A stretch of DNA of 64,000 nt from Acidobacteriota bacterium (GTDB lineage: Bacteria > Acidobacteriota > UBA6911). The notes under the pieces are model-generated. The model was not told the origin of the DNA and ran no database searches. It saw nothing but the letters and a program-made list of their open reading frames with translations. The translations under genes and the position numbers were made by a program. The stretch covers positions 47,316 through 111,315 of the forward strand of contig JBBIMP010000014.1 of assembly GCA_037444305.1 (NCBI GenBank), in the 5' to 3' direction. This document shows positions 41,707 to 52,202 of this stretch, piece after piece. How positions within the stretch are numbered: the first letter of the stretch is position 1; each line of letters starts with the position of its first letter.

Positions 41707-42303
41707 ATGGGCATCCGCGACCATGCGTATGATCCCCTGATGAGGGCAGTCGACCGCCTTTACCTGGAACGGTGGCGGAGATGGGCCGCGACGGGTGCCG
41801 CAGGCTCGACGATTGAAATCGGCATCGGGACCGGGCTCAACTTGCGGCATTATCCGCCGGGACCGGCCGTGTATGGGGTCGACCCGGAGCCCGCGATGCT
41901 GGGGCGCGCCGCCAGGCGCTCCCGCCGGATGCGCGGCTCCAAGATCCGGTTGGCCGGTGCTGCCGCCGAAGAACTGCCGTTTCGCGAAAGCACGTTCGAC
42001 TTTGCCGTAGCTACCCTCGTTTTTTGCACGGTGGCGAACCCTCGCCATGTTCTCCTGGAGTTGAAGCGAGTGCTGAAACCGGGCGCGCCGGTACGCCTGC
42101 TGGAGCACGTCCGGGCCGGGCATCCGGTTGCGGGCAAGCTCCTCGATGTGATGACACCGGCGTGGAGCTGCGTGGCCGGCGGGTGCCGTCTCAACCGGGA
42201 TACCCTTGGGGAGGTCGGCAGCGCCGGCTTCGAGGTTTGCCGGGTGCAGAGTCTGCTGGGCGGCCTTCTCCTCGCGATCGAGGCCCGCGCTCCGCTCTCG
42301 TGA
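41707..42303 (+). CDS. Class I SAM-dependent methyltransferase
   Basis: Motif I TIEIGIGTGLN; also LKPGAPVRLLEH. Confidence 0.8.
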   Translation: MGIRDHAYDPLMRAVDRLYLERWRRWAATGAAGSTIEIGIGTGLNLRHYPPGPAVYGVDPEPAMLGRAARRSRRMRGSKIRLAGAAAEELPFRESTFDFAVATLVFCTVANPRHVLLELKRVLKPGAPVRLLEHVRAGHPVAGKLLDVMTPAWSCVAGGCRLNRDTLGEVGSAGFEVCRVQSLLGGLLLAIEARAPLS

Positions 42304-42362
42304 TGGTCGGATAACGGCCTCTCGCCTGAGGTGAATACCACAGAACAGCCCAGTGCCGAGGG

Positions 42363-43526
42363 CTACGGCTGGTTGCCCGGGCGCGCGGCGCCGAACAGCT
42401 TCTGCATCTCTTCCTCATAGATGAAGAGATTCGGCGTCCCGCCGGTATGAAGGAGCACCACCACGTCGTCTCTCTGGAAATGCCCTTTCTTGACGAGATC
42501 CGTGAGACCGGCCATCGCCTTGGCGGTGTACACGGGGTCCAGCATGAGCCCTTCCAGACGGGCCATGGTCGCAACCGCGTCGGCGACCTCCGCGGTCATC
42601 ACGCCATAGCCTTTGCCGCCGTACTCGTCGAAGACAATGATGTCCTCGGGCGCGAACTCGAACTCGAGACTCATGGCCTTCGCCGTCTGGTTGGCGATCT
42701 CCGCGACCGTGCGTTGAGCCGACTCACGGCTGTCGGGCGAGTGCCGGATGCCGATGATCTTCACGCCGGGCGCGAGCGCCTTTGCGCCGACGACGAGACC
42801 GGCCTGTGTGCTGCCGGAACCGGTGGTCATGATGATGTGAGTGACCCGCGCCTTCATCGCCGCCGCCTGGGCGTGGATCTCCTGATAAGCCCGCGCGTAC
42901 GCAATGGCGCCGAGCGGCTCTGCCATCGAGCCGCCGGTGCGCGATCCGCCGACGGAGACGACGTACGGCCGATGCCCCTTCTCTTTCTCCTGTGCGACGA
43001 CAGCGTTGAGCGCCTCGCGCTGATTCTGTCCGATCTCTACGAAGCGCACATCGGCGTCGAGGATGCGGTCGAGCCACAGGTTGCCGCCGGCGGCGGGCTG
43101 CACTTCGCTTTTGGAGAGGACGAGGACGGCCCGCATGCCGAGCTTGCGCGCGCCGGCCGCCACGGAGCGCGCCCAGTTGGACTGCACGCCCGCCGACGTG
43201 ATGATGACGCCGGCCTGCTGCCGCTTCGTGTCGGCCAGGATGAAGTCGAGCTTGCGTCCCTTGTTGCCGCCGAACGCGAGGCCCGTCTGATCGTCCCGCT
43301 TCACGAGCAACGTGGGACCGCCCAGCGCCGCGGTGAGCGCGGGCAGCGGCTCGAGCGGCGTCGGCAGATGGCTCATCTGCAGCGGCGCCCACTTGTCGAA
43401 GTCGAGGTCTTTGGAAGGCATCGGCGCGGGATCAGGCAATGTCGCAGCGGCCTTGGCGGGGCGAATGGCAAGCGCGCCTCCGGCGGCGGCGCTGCCGATA
43501 AACCGACGTCTGGAAATGAAATTCAT
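42363..43526 (-). CDS. PLP-dependent ACC deaminase/D-cysteine desulfhydrase-family enzyme with a twin-arginine signal peptide
   Basis: The N-terminus MNFISRRRFIGSAAAGGALAIRPAKA matches the Tat motif SRRxFxx. The body has LVKRDDQTGLAFGGNKGRKLDF (PLP-Lys region), TTGSGSTQAG and LLHTGG. Confidence 0.8.
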   Translation of the reverse strand: MNFISRRRFIGSAAAGGALAIRPAKAAATLPDPAPMPSKDLDFDKWAPLQMSHLPTPLEPLPALTAALGGPTLLVKRDDQTGLAFGGNKGRKLDFILADTKRQQAGVIITSAGVQSNWARSVAAGARKLGMRAVLVLSKSEVQPAAGGNLWLDRILDADVRFVEIGQNQREALNAVVAQEKEKGHRPYVVSVGGSRTGGSMAEPLGAIAYARAYQEIHAQAAAMKARVTHIIMTTGSGSTQAGLVVGAKALAPGVKIIGIRHSPDSRESAQRTVAEIANQTAKAMSLEFEFAPEDIIVFDEYGGKGYGVMTAEVADAVATMARLEGLMLDPVYTAKAMAGLTDLVKKGHFQRDDVVVLLHTGGTPNLFIYEEEMQKLFGAARPGNQP

Positions 43527-43570
43527 GCGTACCCTCCCTCATGCCCGCCGGAAACATTACCGGCAGGCGT

Positions 43571-44908
43571 TTAATCCCGCGCTTGTTCGGCTCTTTTCGA
43601 GGCGTCGGTTTTCCAGGCGGCAAACCAATCGATTCGGCGCGTCAGGTACATGACCAGAGCCAGGACGATGAACAAACCGATGCTGCCCAGCAACAACGCA
43701 TAGTCCTGAAGCTGCAGAATGACATAGAGAAAGCCATAAAGAACGACGAGGATGCCGGCAATCAGGGCGGAGAGCGAGTTGCTTGACAAGAGGCTCCGCG
43801 CGTAAACCGCAATCAAGAGCACGATGCTTGCACTGGCGACGAGGTAGGCGTACCGGAAGACGATATGTTCCGAGATCGACAGAAGCAGCGTGTAGAAGAC
43901 GATCAAAGCCAGGCCGATGAGGAGGTAATTGATCGGATGCAGGACCCTGGTGCTGCGAATCTCGATCAGGAAGAAGGCGACGAACGTCAGAACGATGAAC
44001 ATGATGGCATATTTTGCGGTGCGCATCGTCTTCTGATACTCGTCGATGGCCATGAGCAGCTTCACGCCGAAAGCAGAATCCTGGATCGCATGTTCGGCGC
44101 CGATCCATTTTTGGGGGAAATTTCTGTTCAGGTGCAGAACGCGCCACTCGGCCGAAAAGCCGCTGTCATCGATCTCCCTCGATTCCGGCAGAAACTCGCC
44201 CATAAAACTGGGATTCGGCCATGAAGAAGAGACCTTGACGCGGGTTTCCTTGCCCAGGGGGATGAAGCTCAGCGTTTCGCTGCCGTTGAGATTCAAGTCC
44301 AGCGAGAAGGTATTTGCCCCCTCTCTTGCCGAGCTGCCCGGAATTTTCGCGCTGATGCCCGAGGGGAGCACGTCCGTCGATTGGATGCCGGGTTCCACGA
44401 CGAGTTGGCGGTCGTTCCATTGAACCGCAGTCGTCCCTCTGATGCCTTTCATGTGAGAAATGCCTACCCCAAGGACAGCGTCATCCCAAAGGACCTCGTC
44501 GTTGTGGACGTTGAATCCTTCGATTGTCGGAGGGGAGAACCGGCCCGATACGCGGATCCTGGCGTTGTAGAGAATGACTTCAAAAATGCCGCGATACCGG
44601 ACTTCCGAGGTGAGAGAGCTCTCCATGTTGAGAACCTCGGGCAGGAAGTGCATGTGGCGGACCGTGGTTCGCGTGCGTCCCAGCTCATCCCTCTCTTCCC
44701 GCATGAACGGAACGATCAGGATCGGGCCGCCGACCGTTTGCGCATTCCCCCACTTGTCGCTGATCTCCGCTATTGCGCCGTCGCGGCGCTGCTCTCGCTC
44801 TCTGATGAGGCCTTGAATCATGAATGAGGGGGCAAGAAGCGCAAGAGCCAGAAGGCCGATCAAAACCAGCCTGAAACCCGCCGATTCTTTCAAGTAGCTG
44901 TTGGCCAT
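43571..44908 (-). CDS. creD: Cell envelope integrity protein CreD
   Basis: 445 aa from MANSYLKESAGFRLVLIGLLALALL...REREQRRDGAIAEISDKWGNAQTVGGPILIVPF. It has a large periplasmic domain and a C-terminal bundle of TM helices. The start is ATG 44906-44908. Confidence 0.8.
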   Translation of the reverse strand: MANSYLKESAGFRLVLIGLLALALLAPSFMIQGLIREREQRRDGAIAEISDKWGNAQTVGGPILIVPFMREERDELGRTRTTVRHMHFLPEVLNMESSLTSEVRYRGIFEVILYNARIRVSGRFSPPTIEGFNVHNDEVLWDDAVLGVGISHMKGIRGTTAVQWNDRQLVVEPGIQSTDVLPSGISAKIPGSSAREGANTFSLDLNLNGSETLSFIPLGKETRVKVSSSWPNPSFMGEFLPESREIDDSGFSAEWRVLHLNRNFPQKWIGAEHAIQDSAFGVKLLMAIDEYQKTMRTAKYAIMFIVLTFVAFFLIEIRSTRVLHPINYLLIGLALIVFYTLLLSISEHIVFRYAYLVASASIVLLIAVYARSLLSSNSLSALIAGILVVLYGFLYVILQLQDYALLLGSIGLFIVLALVMYLTRRIDWFAAWKTDASKRAEQARD

Positions 44909-45431
44909 ATCATCCGACCCCTTTCGTCGTCGATTGCTTCTTGATCGTGTCTCCGTGTCCCGCCCTGCGCATGAGACCGCGCCTCGGCATGGCAGGATTC
45001 TACACCCAGCAGACAGACTGCGAGCCGCGAATCCGCACTCTGGCGCTATGTCGCCTCGGGAGAATCTCGGCGCCGGCAATCCCATGCCCTGCAGATTCCT
45101 GAGATTACTCTGGTGTAATGGCGGTTTTTGGTGTGGCCGGTGCTGGAATCCTGCCCGAAAACCGGGCGCAGAGCCTCCATATTGACACCCTGATTCTCAT
45201 CCGATCTATTCTTGCCGTTGACTCAGCCATCCCGTGATAGAATCGCCATAATTTGGCGAAGCGGTGTGTTCAACGGTTTCTTTCCGGAGGCTCTGGATGC
45301 GTTCCGTCATGAGAGCGCCCGGCGAGAGCCTCCGGAAAGAAACTTGTTCGTTGGGCAGACCGGAGTCGCGCAAGGAACGATTGAGGCTGCCCTGTCCGGG
45401 CAGGGGGACGCCGGAGTAAAATAGTGGCCTC

Positions 45432-45890
45432 ATGAAGCCGCGGATCTATCCCGACACGTCGGTTCTGGGCGGTTCGGCGGACGACGAGTTCCGCGAGCCG
45501 TCACGGCGCTTGCTTGACGCATTCCAGCGTGGCGAGCTGACCCTGGTGTTGTCGGAGCTGACGATACGCGAGCTCGAGGCGGCTCCGCAGGCGGTGAAAG
45601 GCGTGCTGGGGCGGATACCGACCGCCTGCATCGAGACCTTGGCGGTGTCACCTGAGGCGGAGGATCTGGCGGCCGCCTACATTGTGGATGGCGCCATCGG
45701 GGCGCAGATGCGGGCGGATGCGTTGCACATCGCGCTCGCCACCGTGGCTCGGGTTGATGTCCTCGTGAGTTGGAACTTCAGGCACAGCGTGAATCTGAAA
45801 CGAATCCACGCGTACAACGCGGTCAACCTCAAGAAAGGCTGCCCGCTGCTTGAGATCCGAAGTCCCTGGGAGGTTACAGGCGATGAGTGA
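45432..45890 (+). CDS. PIN-domain protein (VapC-like toxin)
   Basis: 152 aa. The putative acidic residues are MKPRIYPDTSVLGG (Asp8), SELTIRELE and ADALHIALATVARVDVLVSWNFRH. Confidence 0.8.
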   Translation: MKPRIYPDTSVLGGSADDEFREPSRRLLDAFQRGELTLVLSELTIRELEAAPQAVKGVLGRIPTACIETLAVSPEAEDLAAAYIVDGAIGAQMRADALHIALATVARVDVLVSWNFRHSVNLKRIHAYNAVNLKKGCPLLEIRSPWEVTGDE

Positions 45891-46089
45891 GAGATCCTCA
45901 AAGACATTCGACTGTGTTCGAAGCATGCGCGAGGTTCGGGACAAGATCAGTGCCGAAATCGAGGGTAAGAGCTACGACGAGTTGGCCAAGTGGCTTCGAG
46001 CTCATCGGTACAAGGACCCGATCCTACGGCGGTTGGCGGAGAGGGCTGCCCAACAAGCCGCTCCAGCGGGCGGCCGGAAGTCCCCGTGA
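45883..46089 (+). CDS. Small protein overlapping the PIN gene's stop (candidate cognate antitoxin)
   Basis: 68 aa: MSERSSKTFDCVRSMREVRDKISAEIEGKSYDELAKWLRAHRY... The ATG lies within ATGAGTGA, which overlaps the PIN stop by 8 nt. Confidence 0.5.
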   Translation: MSERSSKTFDCVRSMREVRDKISAEIEGKSYDELAKWLRAHRYKDPILRRLAERAAQQAAPAGGRKSP

Positions 46090-46193
46090 TCGGCAGCTCT
46101 GTTCTCAAGAAGTGAGGGCGCAGTCTGGGCCGACCGCCGCTGAGCGGCACGATGGACGGACGCGAAAGGACTTCAACCGGACAGGAGGACCAT

Positions 46194-46706
46194 ATGAGCC
46201 GAGCATCCCGGTGCGTCGCGGCGGTGTTGGCGTTGACCATCCTTGCCGAACCCGTCGCCCTCGCGGTCGGTTCCGAGAACGCATCGTACTTCGGCGGTAC
46301 AATCACGGTATTCGGAGCTCCGAAGGACCCGGTCGAGGGGCGGCTGAACACCTCCAATGAGGAGGCGCTGGTCTTCACAGCGATCGACAAGAAGCTCGCG
46401 GGAAAGACGTTCTCGATTTCTTATGCGAGAATTCTGGACCTGGAATATGGCCGGAAGGCTGGCCGGCGCGTTGGCGCTGCAGCCGCCACCACCGTGCCGC
46501 TTGGGCCCGTCGGACTGCTGTCGCTGTTTTCGAAGAAGCGCAAGCACTTCCTGACAATCGGCTTCAGGGACGAAGCGGACAAGGATCAGGTCGCCGTGAT
46601 CGAACTTGGCAAGGACATCGTGCGAACATCTCTCGCGATTGCCCAGACGCGATCCGGGAAGGACATCGAGTACCAGGACGAGGAAGCCAGAAAGTCGGCA
46701 AAGTAG
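46194..46706 (+). CDS. Secreted hypothetical protein
   Basis: It has a signal peptide (MSRASRCVAAVLALTILAEPVALAVG) and an internal hydrophobic Gly/Ala stretch (RRVGAAAATTVPLGPVGLLSLFSKKRKHF). I recognise no named family. Confidence 0.55.
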   Translation: MSRASRCVAAVLALTILAEPVALAVGSENASYFGGTITVFGAPKDPVEGRLNTSNEEALVFTAIDKKLAGKTFSISYARILDLEYGRKAGRRVGAAAATTVPLGPVGLLSLFSKKRKHFLTIGFRDEADKDQVAVIELGKDIVRTSLAIAQTRSGKDIEYQDEEARKSAK

Positions 46707-46760
46707 TCTTCGGCCGAAGGCGCCGCCTAACCCTATTCGTCAGCGCGACAAAGCCCAGGG

Positions 46761-47012
46761 ATGGAGGCGCAAAGCGAGATGCACTTCGAGGTCATTGGCG
46801 AGATCGAGGATATCGAGGTCATCGCAAAGGGACCCTCGGTCAGGGAGAAGGCCCGACTCGTCGCCCAGTATGGACATGGTCGATGGAGGAAACTGAAGGG
46901 AAGGGGTACTGTTCGCCTTGCGAGTGGCGCAATCTGCCGCGTGGAGGTACACTGGTACGAAGCCCACGGCATTGGGCGCAGGAAGCTGAAGATTAAGCGA
47001 TTCTTGGAGTAG
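46761..47012 (+). CDS. Small basic protein of unknown function (first gene of a coupled pair)
   Basis: 83 aa: ...YGHGRWRKLKGRGTVRLASGAICRVEVHWYEAHGIGRRKLKIKRF. Its stop is 3 nt from the next ATG. Confidence 0.6.
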   Translation: MEAQSEMHFEVIGEIEDIEVIAKGPSVREKARLVAQYGHGRWRKLKGRGTVRLASGAICRVEVHWYEAHGIGRRKLKIKRFLE

Positions 47013-47015
47013 ACC

Positions 47016-47264
47016 ATGAGGACGGATCGGCCTCAATATGTTGTGTGCGTCCGGGTCGAGGACGCCGGAGACCTGGAGTTGCGCAAGCTCTACCGCGTGC
47101 TTCCAGACGGGGGCGCTACCGCCCGCGGGTACCTCCGGGTGGTTGACGAATCAGGGGAGGACTATATCTACCCAGCGGACTGGTTTGTCCCAGTTAAGAT
47201 CTCCGAGGACGCGGAGGCAGCTCTTGCGGCCGCCTCACCGGCACCAACATCCGGGGCGCGCTGA
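47016..47264 (+). CDS. Small acidic protein of unknown function (second gene of a coupled pair)
   Basis: 82 aa: MRTDRPQYVVCVRVEDAGDLELRKLYRVLPDGGATARGYLRVVDESGEDYIYPADWFVPV... Confidence 0.6.
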   Translation: MRTDRPQYVVCVRVEDAGDLELRKLYRVLPDGGATARGYLRVVDESGEDYIYPADWFVPVKISEDAEAALAAASPAPTSGAR

Positions 47265-47429
47265 TGGCGCGGCATGCAGCGTCCGCGCCTCAGCGCGGGC
47301 TTTGAACTAAATCGCTCCTATGGTAACTGGCGCCCTTTCGCCGGCCGCCGTTGGCTTCTCTTCTTTCTGATGGACGCAGCCCGGCGAGCCATCTTCGCCC
47401 ACGATAATGAAAGGCTCCATTCCGAGGCA

Positions 47430-48054
47430 GAATGTTGGTGTGGCATCAACTTCACCTCAGAAGCGGCAAGTTTCTCGCCTGTCACCGGCAGGCGTTTGAC
47501 GCCGGGAAGCTGAAGTTCCATGGAAGACCGGCGCGCTTTCGGACGGCCTCTTCGTACCGCCGGCGAGGCCGATTGGGTCGTCTACTGCAAGCCACCCCTG
47601 GGCGGCCCTGCTCCGGTGCTCGATTACCTGGGCCGCTATACGCATCGAGTCGCCATATCCAAAAACCGTCTTGTCCGGCTTGAAAACGGCAAGGTCACCT
47701 TCCGCTGGAAGGATTATGGCCAGGGCAGCCGCTTTCAGTTGATGACCCTCGGCGCAGACGAGTTTATTCGCCGCGTTCTCCTTCACGTCCTGCCCCCGGG
47801 GCATCATGCGCCTGCGGCACTATGGCCTCCTGAGCAACCGCGTCGAAAAGCTCGCCCTGTGCTGCAAACTGATTGCCCAGACCGAGCCCGCTGATCGCCG
47901 GCGCCAGCCATCTGCCGACTGGAAGGCGCGCTACGAAGCGCTGACCGGCGTCTCTTTGGATACCTGCCCGGCGTGTCGCCTCGGCCGCATGGTATGCGTC
48001 GAGACCCTTGCCGCGCGGGAAGATCGATCCCGCTGTAGAAATGGTGTTGCCTAG
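47430..48054 (+). mobile_element. IS91-family (Y2/HUH rolling-circle) transposase relic: C-terminal part only, at least two frameshifts and an internal deletion
   Basis: Three successive frames carry the fragments. The first reads LVWHQLHL-RSGKFLACHRQAFDAGKLKFHG. The second reads WVVYCKPPLGGPAPVLDYLGRYTHRVAISKNRLVRLENGKVTFRWKDYGQGSRFQLMTLGADEFIRRVLLHVLPPG. The third reads MRLRHYGLLSNR...CPACRLGRM. The N-terminal half is absent. Confidence 0.75.
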
Positions 48055-48230
48055 TGTAATATTTAATCTCAAAGGTCCTTCTGCATGAAATGTTATGCTG
48101 TAGATCTCCGGCCCGCCTGATGGTGTGAGGGCAGGAGAGCCTTAATGAGTATCAACCTCATGAGCAGGCTGCGGGCGCGGCCGTTTGCGCCTACTCGGCT
48201 GCGCCTGCCGCCGCTGATGCGGGGCGTTGA

Positions 48231-50459
<2,229 letters not shown>

Positions 50460-50849
50460 CGCTTACAAGGCACGCTGACGTCAAGAGGGACCATTCTTTT
50501 TACCGCCCTCGCTGGTACGCGCCTTCGTTATTGGATTTTGACACTCTGACTTGATTTCCGTCTTCGGGTGCAGCACCAGGACGCCCTGCACCCAACATTT
50601 GTCGAGGCTCCGGCGCTGGGATCATCCCGGCGCTGCGGCCCGAAATCCGTCTGCACCCTTGGGCAGTCCACATCAAAACAATGGTCGTATTGGCGCCATC
50701 TTCCCCAGGCCCGGTTGGGGGCCGGGCAGGAATACTTCGCTCAATCCGCCGGCCAACCGTTAGATTGGTAGCGGGGATCATTCCAACCGCCTCTTTCGGG
50801 CGCAGCCTGCGCCACTGGCGATCTCATCTTTTTTTGCCCGCGGTGTTTC

Positions 50850-52202
50850 ATGCAGCTTCTCTTCGATCGCGGCACGCTTCTGATCCGAGGGAACCCGGCA
50901 GAGGCAGGGCGCCTCCCCGGAGTTCTCTGGGATCCGCGCATCGGCGCCTGGCGAGCTCCGGCATACCGCCATGTCGAGCTGGCCAAAGAACTCGCACGGC
51001 GATATGCCGATTTTCACGACGAAGCCCGCCTGCAACTCCCCGCTCCGCCATCGATCGGGTGTCCCGGCCTCCGCCCGTATCAAGCCGCTGCGGTAGCTGC
51101 ATGGGAGCTTGCGGGCCGAAGAGGCATCATCGCACTCCCGACGGGCGCCGGCAAAACGCGCACGGCCATTGCCGCCATCGCCCGAACCGGTCTGCGGGCG
51201 CTATGTCTCGTCCCGACGCGGGTGCTCCTGGCGCAATGGGTCAAAATGCTCGGCGAAGCCGGCCTCGGGCCGATCGGCGAATATGGCGACGGGCGCCGCT
51301 TCGAGCATCCCGTGACCGTGGCTACCTTTGCGAGTGCCTGGCGCAATGTGGAGACTCTGGGCAACCGGTTCGACTTGCTCGTCGTCGACGAAGTCCACCA
51401 CTTCGGCTTGGGCGCCGGAGACGAGGCGCTCGAGATGTGCACGGCCGCTGCGCGGCTGGGCCTCAGTGCGACGCTGCCGGATGATCCGATCCGACGAGCC
51501 CGTCTCGACGCGCTGGTCGGCCCTGAAGTCTACCGGGCAAGCGTGGAGGAACTGGCCGGGCGCTATCTCGCTGCGTTCCAACTGGTCACGATCACGGTCG
51601 GGCTCACCCCTGAAGAACGTAGGGCTTACGATGCCGAAGTGTCGGTATTCCGTCCCTTGTGCCGCGCGTTTTTCGATTCGGCGCCGGGGGCCTCCTGGTC
51701 CGACTTCGCGTCGGCGGCCGGCAAGAGCGACGAGGGACGGCGGGCGCTCGCCGCCTGGCGGCGCTCCCGGAGCATTGTCCGTTACGGCACGGCGAAGCGC
51801 GGCGTCGTCCATGATCTGCTGCTGCGGCATCGCACTCATCGCATTCTCGTCTTTGCGGCAGACAACGACACGGCCTACGCCGTGGCTCGAGAGCATCTCG
51901 TCCAACCCATCACCTGCGATATCGGGCCCAAGGAGCGGGCGCGGGCGCTTCAACGCTTTTTCGACGGCGAACTGCGCATTCTGGTAAGCGCCCGCGTCCT
52001 GAACGAAGGCATCGACGTGCCGGCCGCCGACATTGCCATCGTGGTCGGCGGCAGCCAGGGCTCGCGGGAGTACATCCAACGGGTAGGGCGAGTGCTCAGG
52101 CCCTCCGAAGGAAAGGAAGCGGTCGTCTACGATCTCGTCACCCGCGGCACCTTCGAGGTGCGGCTCGCCCACCGGCACAGGAGGGCGCTTGCTTCCGGCT
52201 GA
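50850..52202 (+). CDS. XPB/Rad25(ERCC3)-like SF2 DNA helicase
   Basis: 450 aa. The N-terminus MQLLFDRGTLLIRG...WDPRIGAWRAPAYRH is like the XPB damage-recognition domain. Helicase motifs are I ALPTGAGKT, II VVDEVHH, III LSAT, V VLNEGIDVP and VI QRVGRVLR. Confidence 0.85.
   Translation: MQLLFDRGTLLIRGNPAEAGRLPGVLWDPRIGAWRAPAYRHVELAKELARRYADFHDEARLQLPAPPSIGCPGLRPYQAAAVAAWELAGRRGIIALPTGAGKTRTAIAAIARTGLRALCLVPTRVLLAQWVKMLGEAGLGPIGEYGDGRRFEHPVTVATFASAWRNVETLGNRFDLLVVDEVHHFGLGAGDEALEMCTAAARLGLSATLPDDPIRRARLDALVGPEVYRASVEELAGRYLAAFQLVTITVGLTPEERRAYDAEVSVFRPLCRAFFDSAPGASWSDFASAAGKSDEGRRALAAWRRSRSIVRYGTAKRGVVHDLLLRHRTHRILVFAADNDTAYAVAREHLVQPITCDIGPKERARALQRFFDGELRILVSARVLNEGIDVPAADIAIVVGGSQGSREYIQRVGRVLRPSEGKEAVVYDLVTRGTFEVRLAHRHRRALASG

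Noticed and set aside
45086-45431. Small ORFs upstream of the PIN gene (45206..45433 minus, 45212..45424 plus, and a 40-codon ATG ORF at 45296), considered as the missing antitoxin.
   Set aside because: None has a recognisable antitoxin fold (RHH, AbrB, Phd or HTH pattern). None has a good start context or is coupled to the PIN start. I cannot support a call.
50460-50849. The 390-bp katG-helicase intergenic region, examined for an ncRNA, promoter or small gene. It contains the inverted repeat GGGTGCAG-N11-CTGCACCC and a TTGACA hexamer.
   Set aside because: The hairpin lacks a U-tract. The TTGACA has no matching -10 at proper spacing. The ORFs there are short and low-complexity. Nothing reaches a reportable level.
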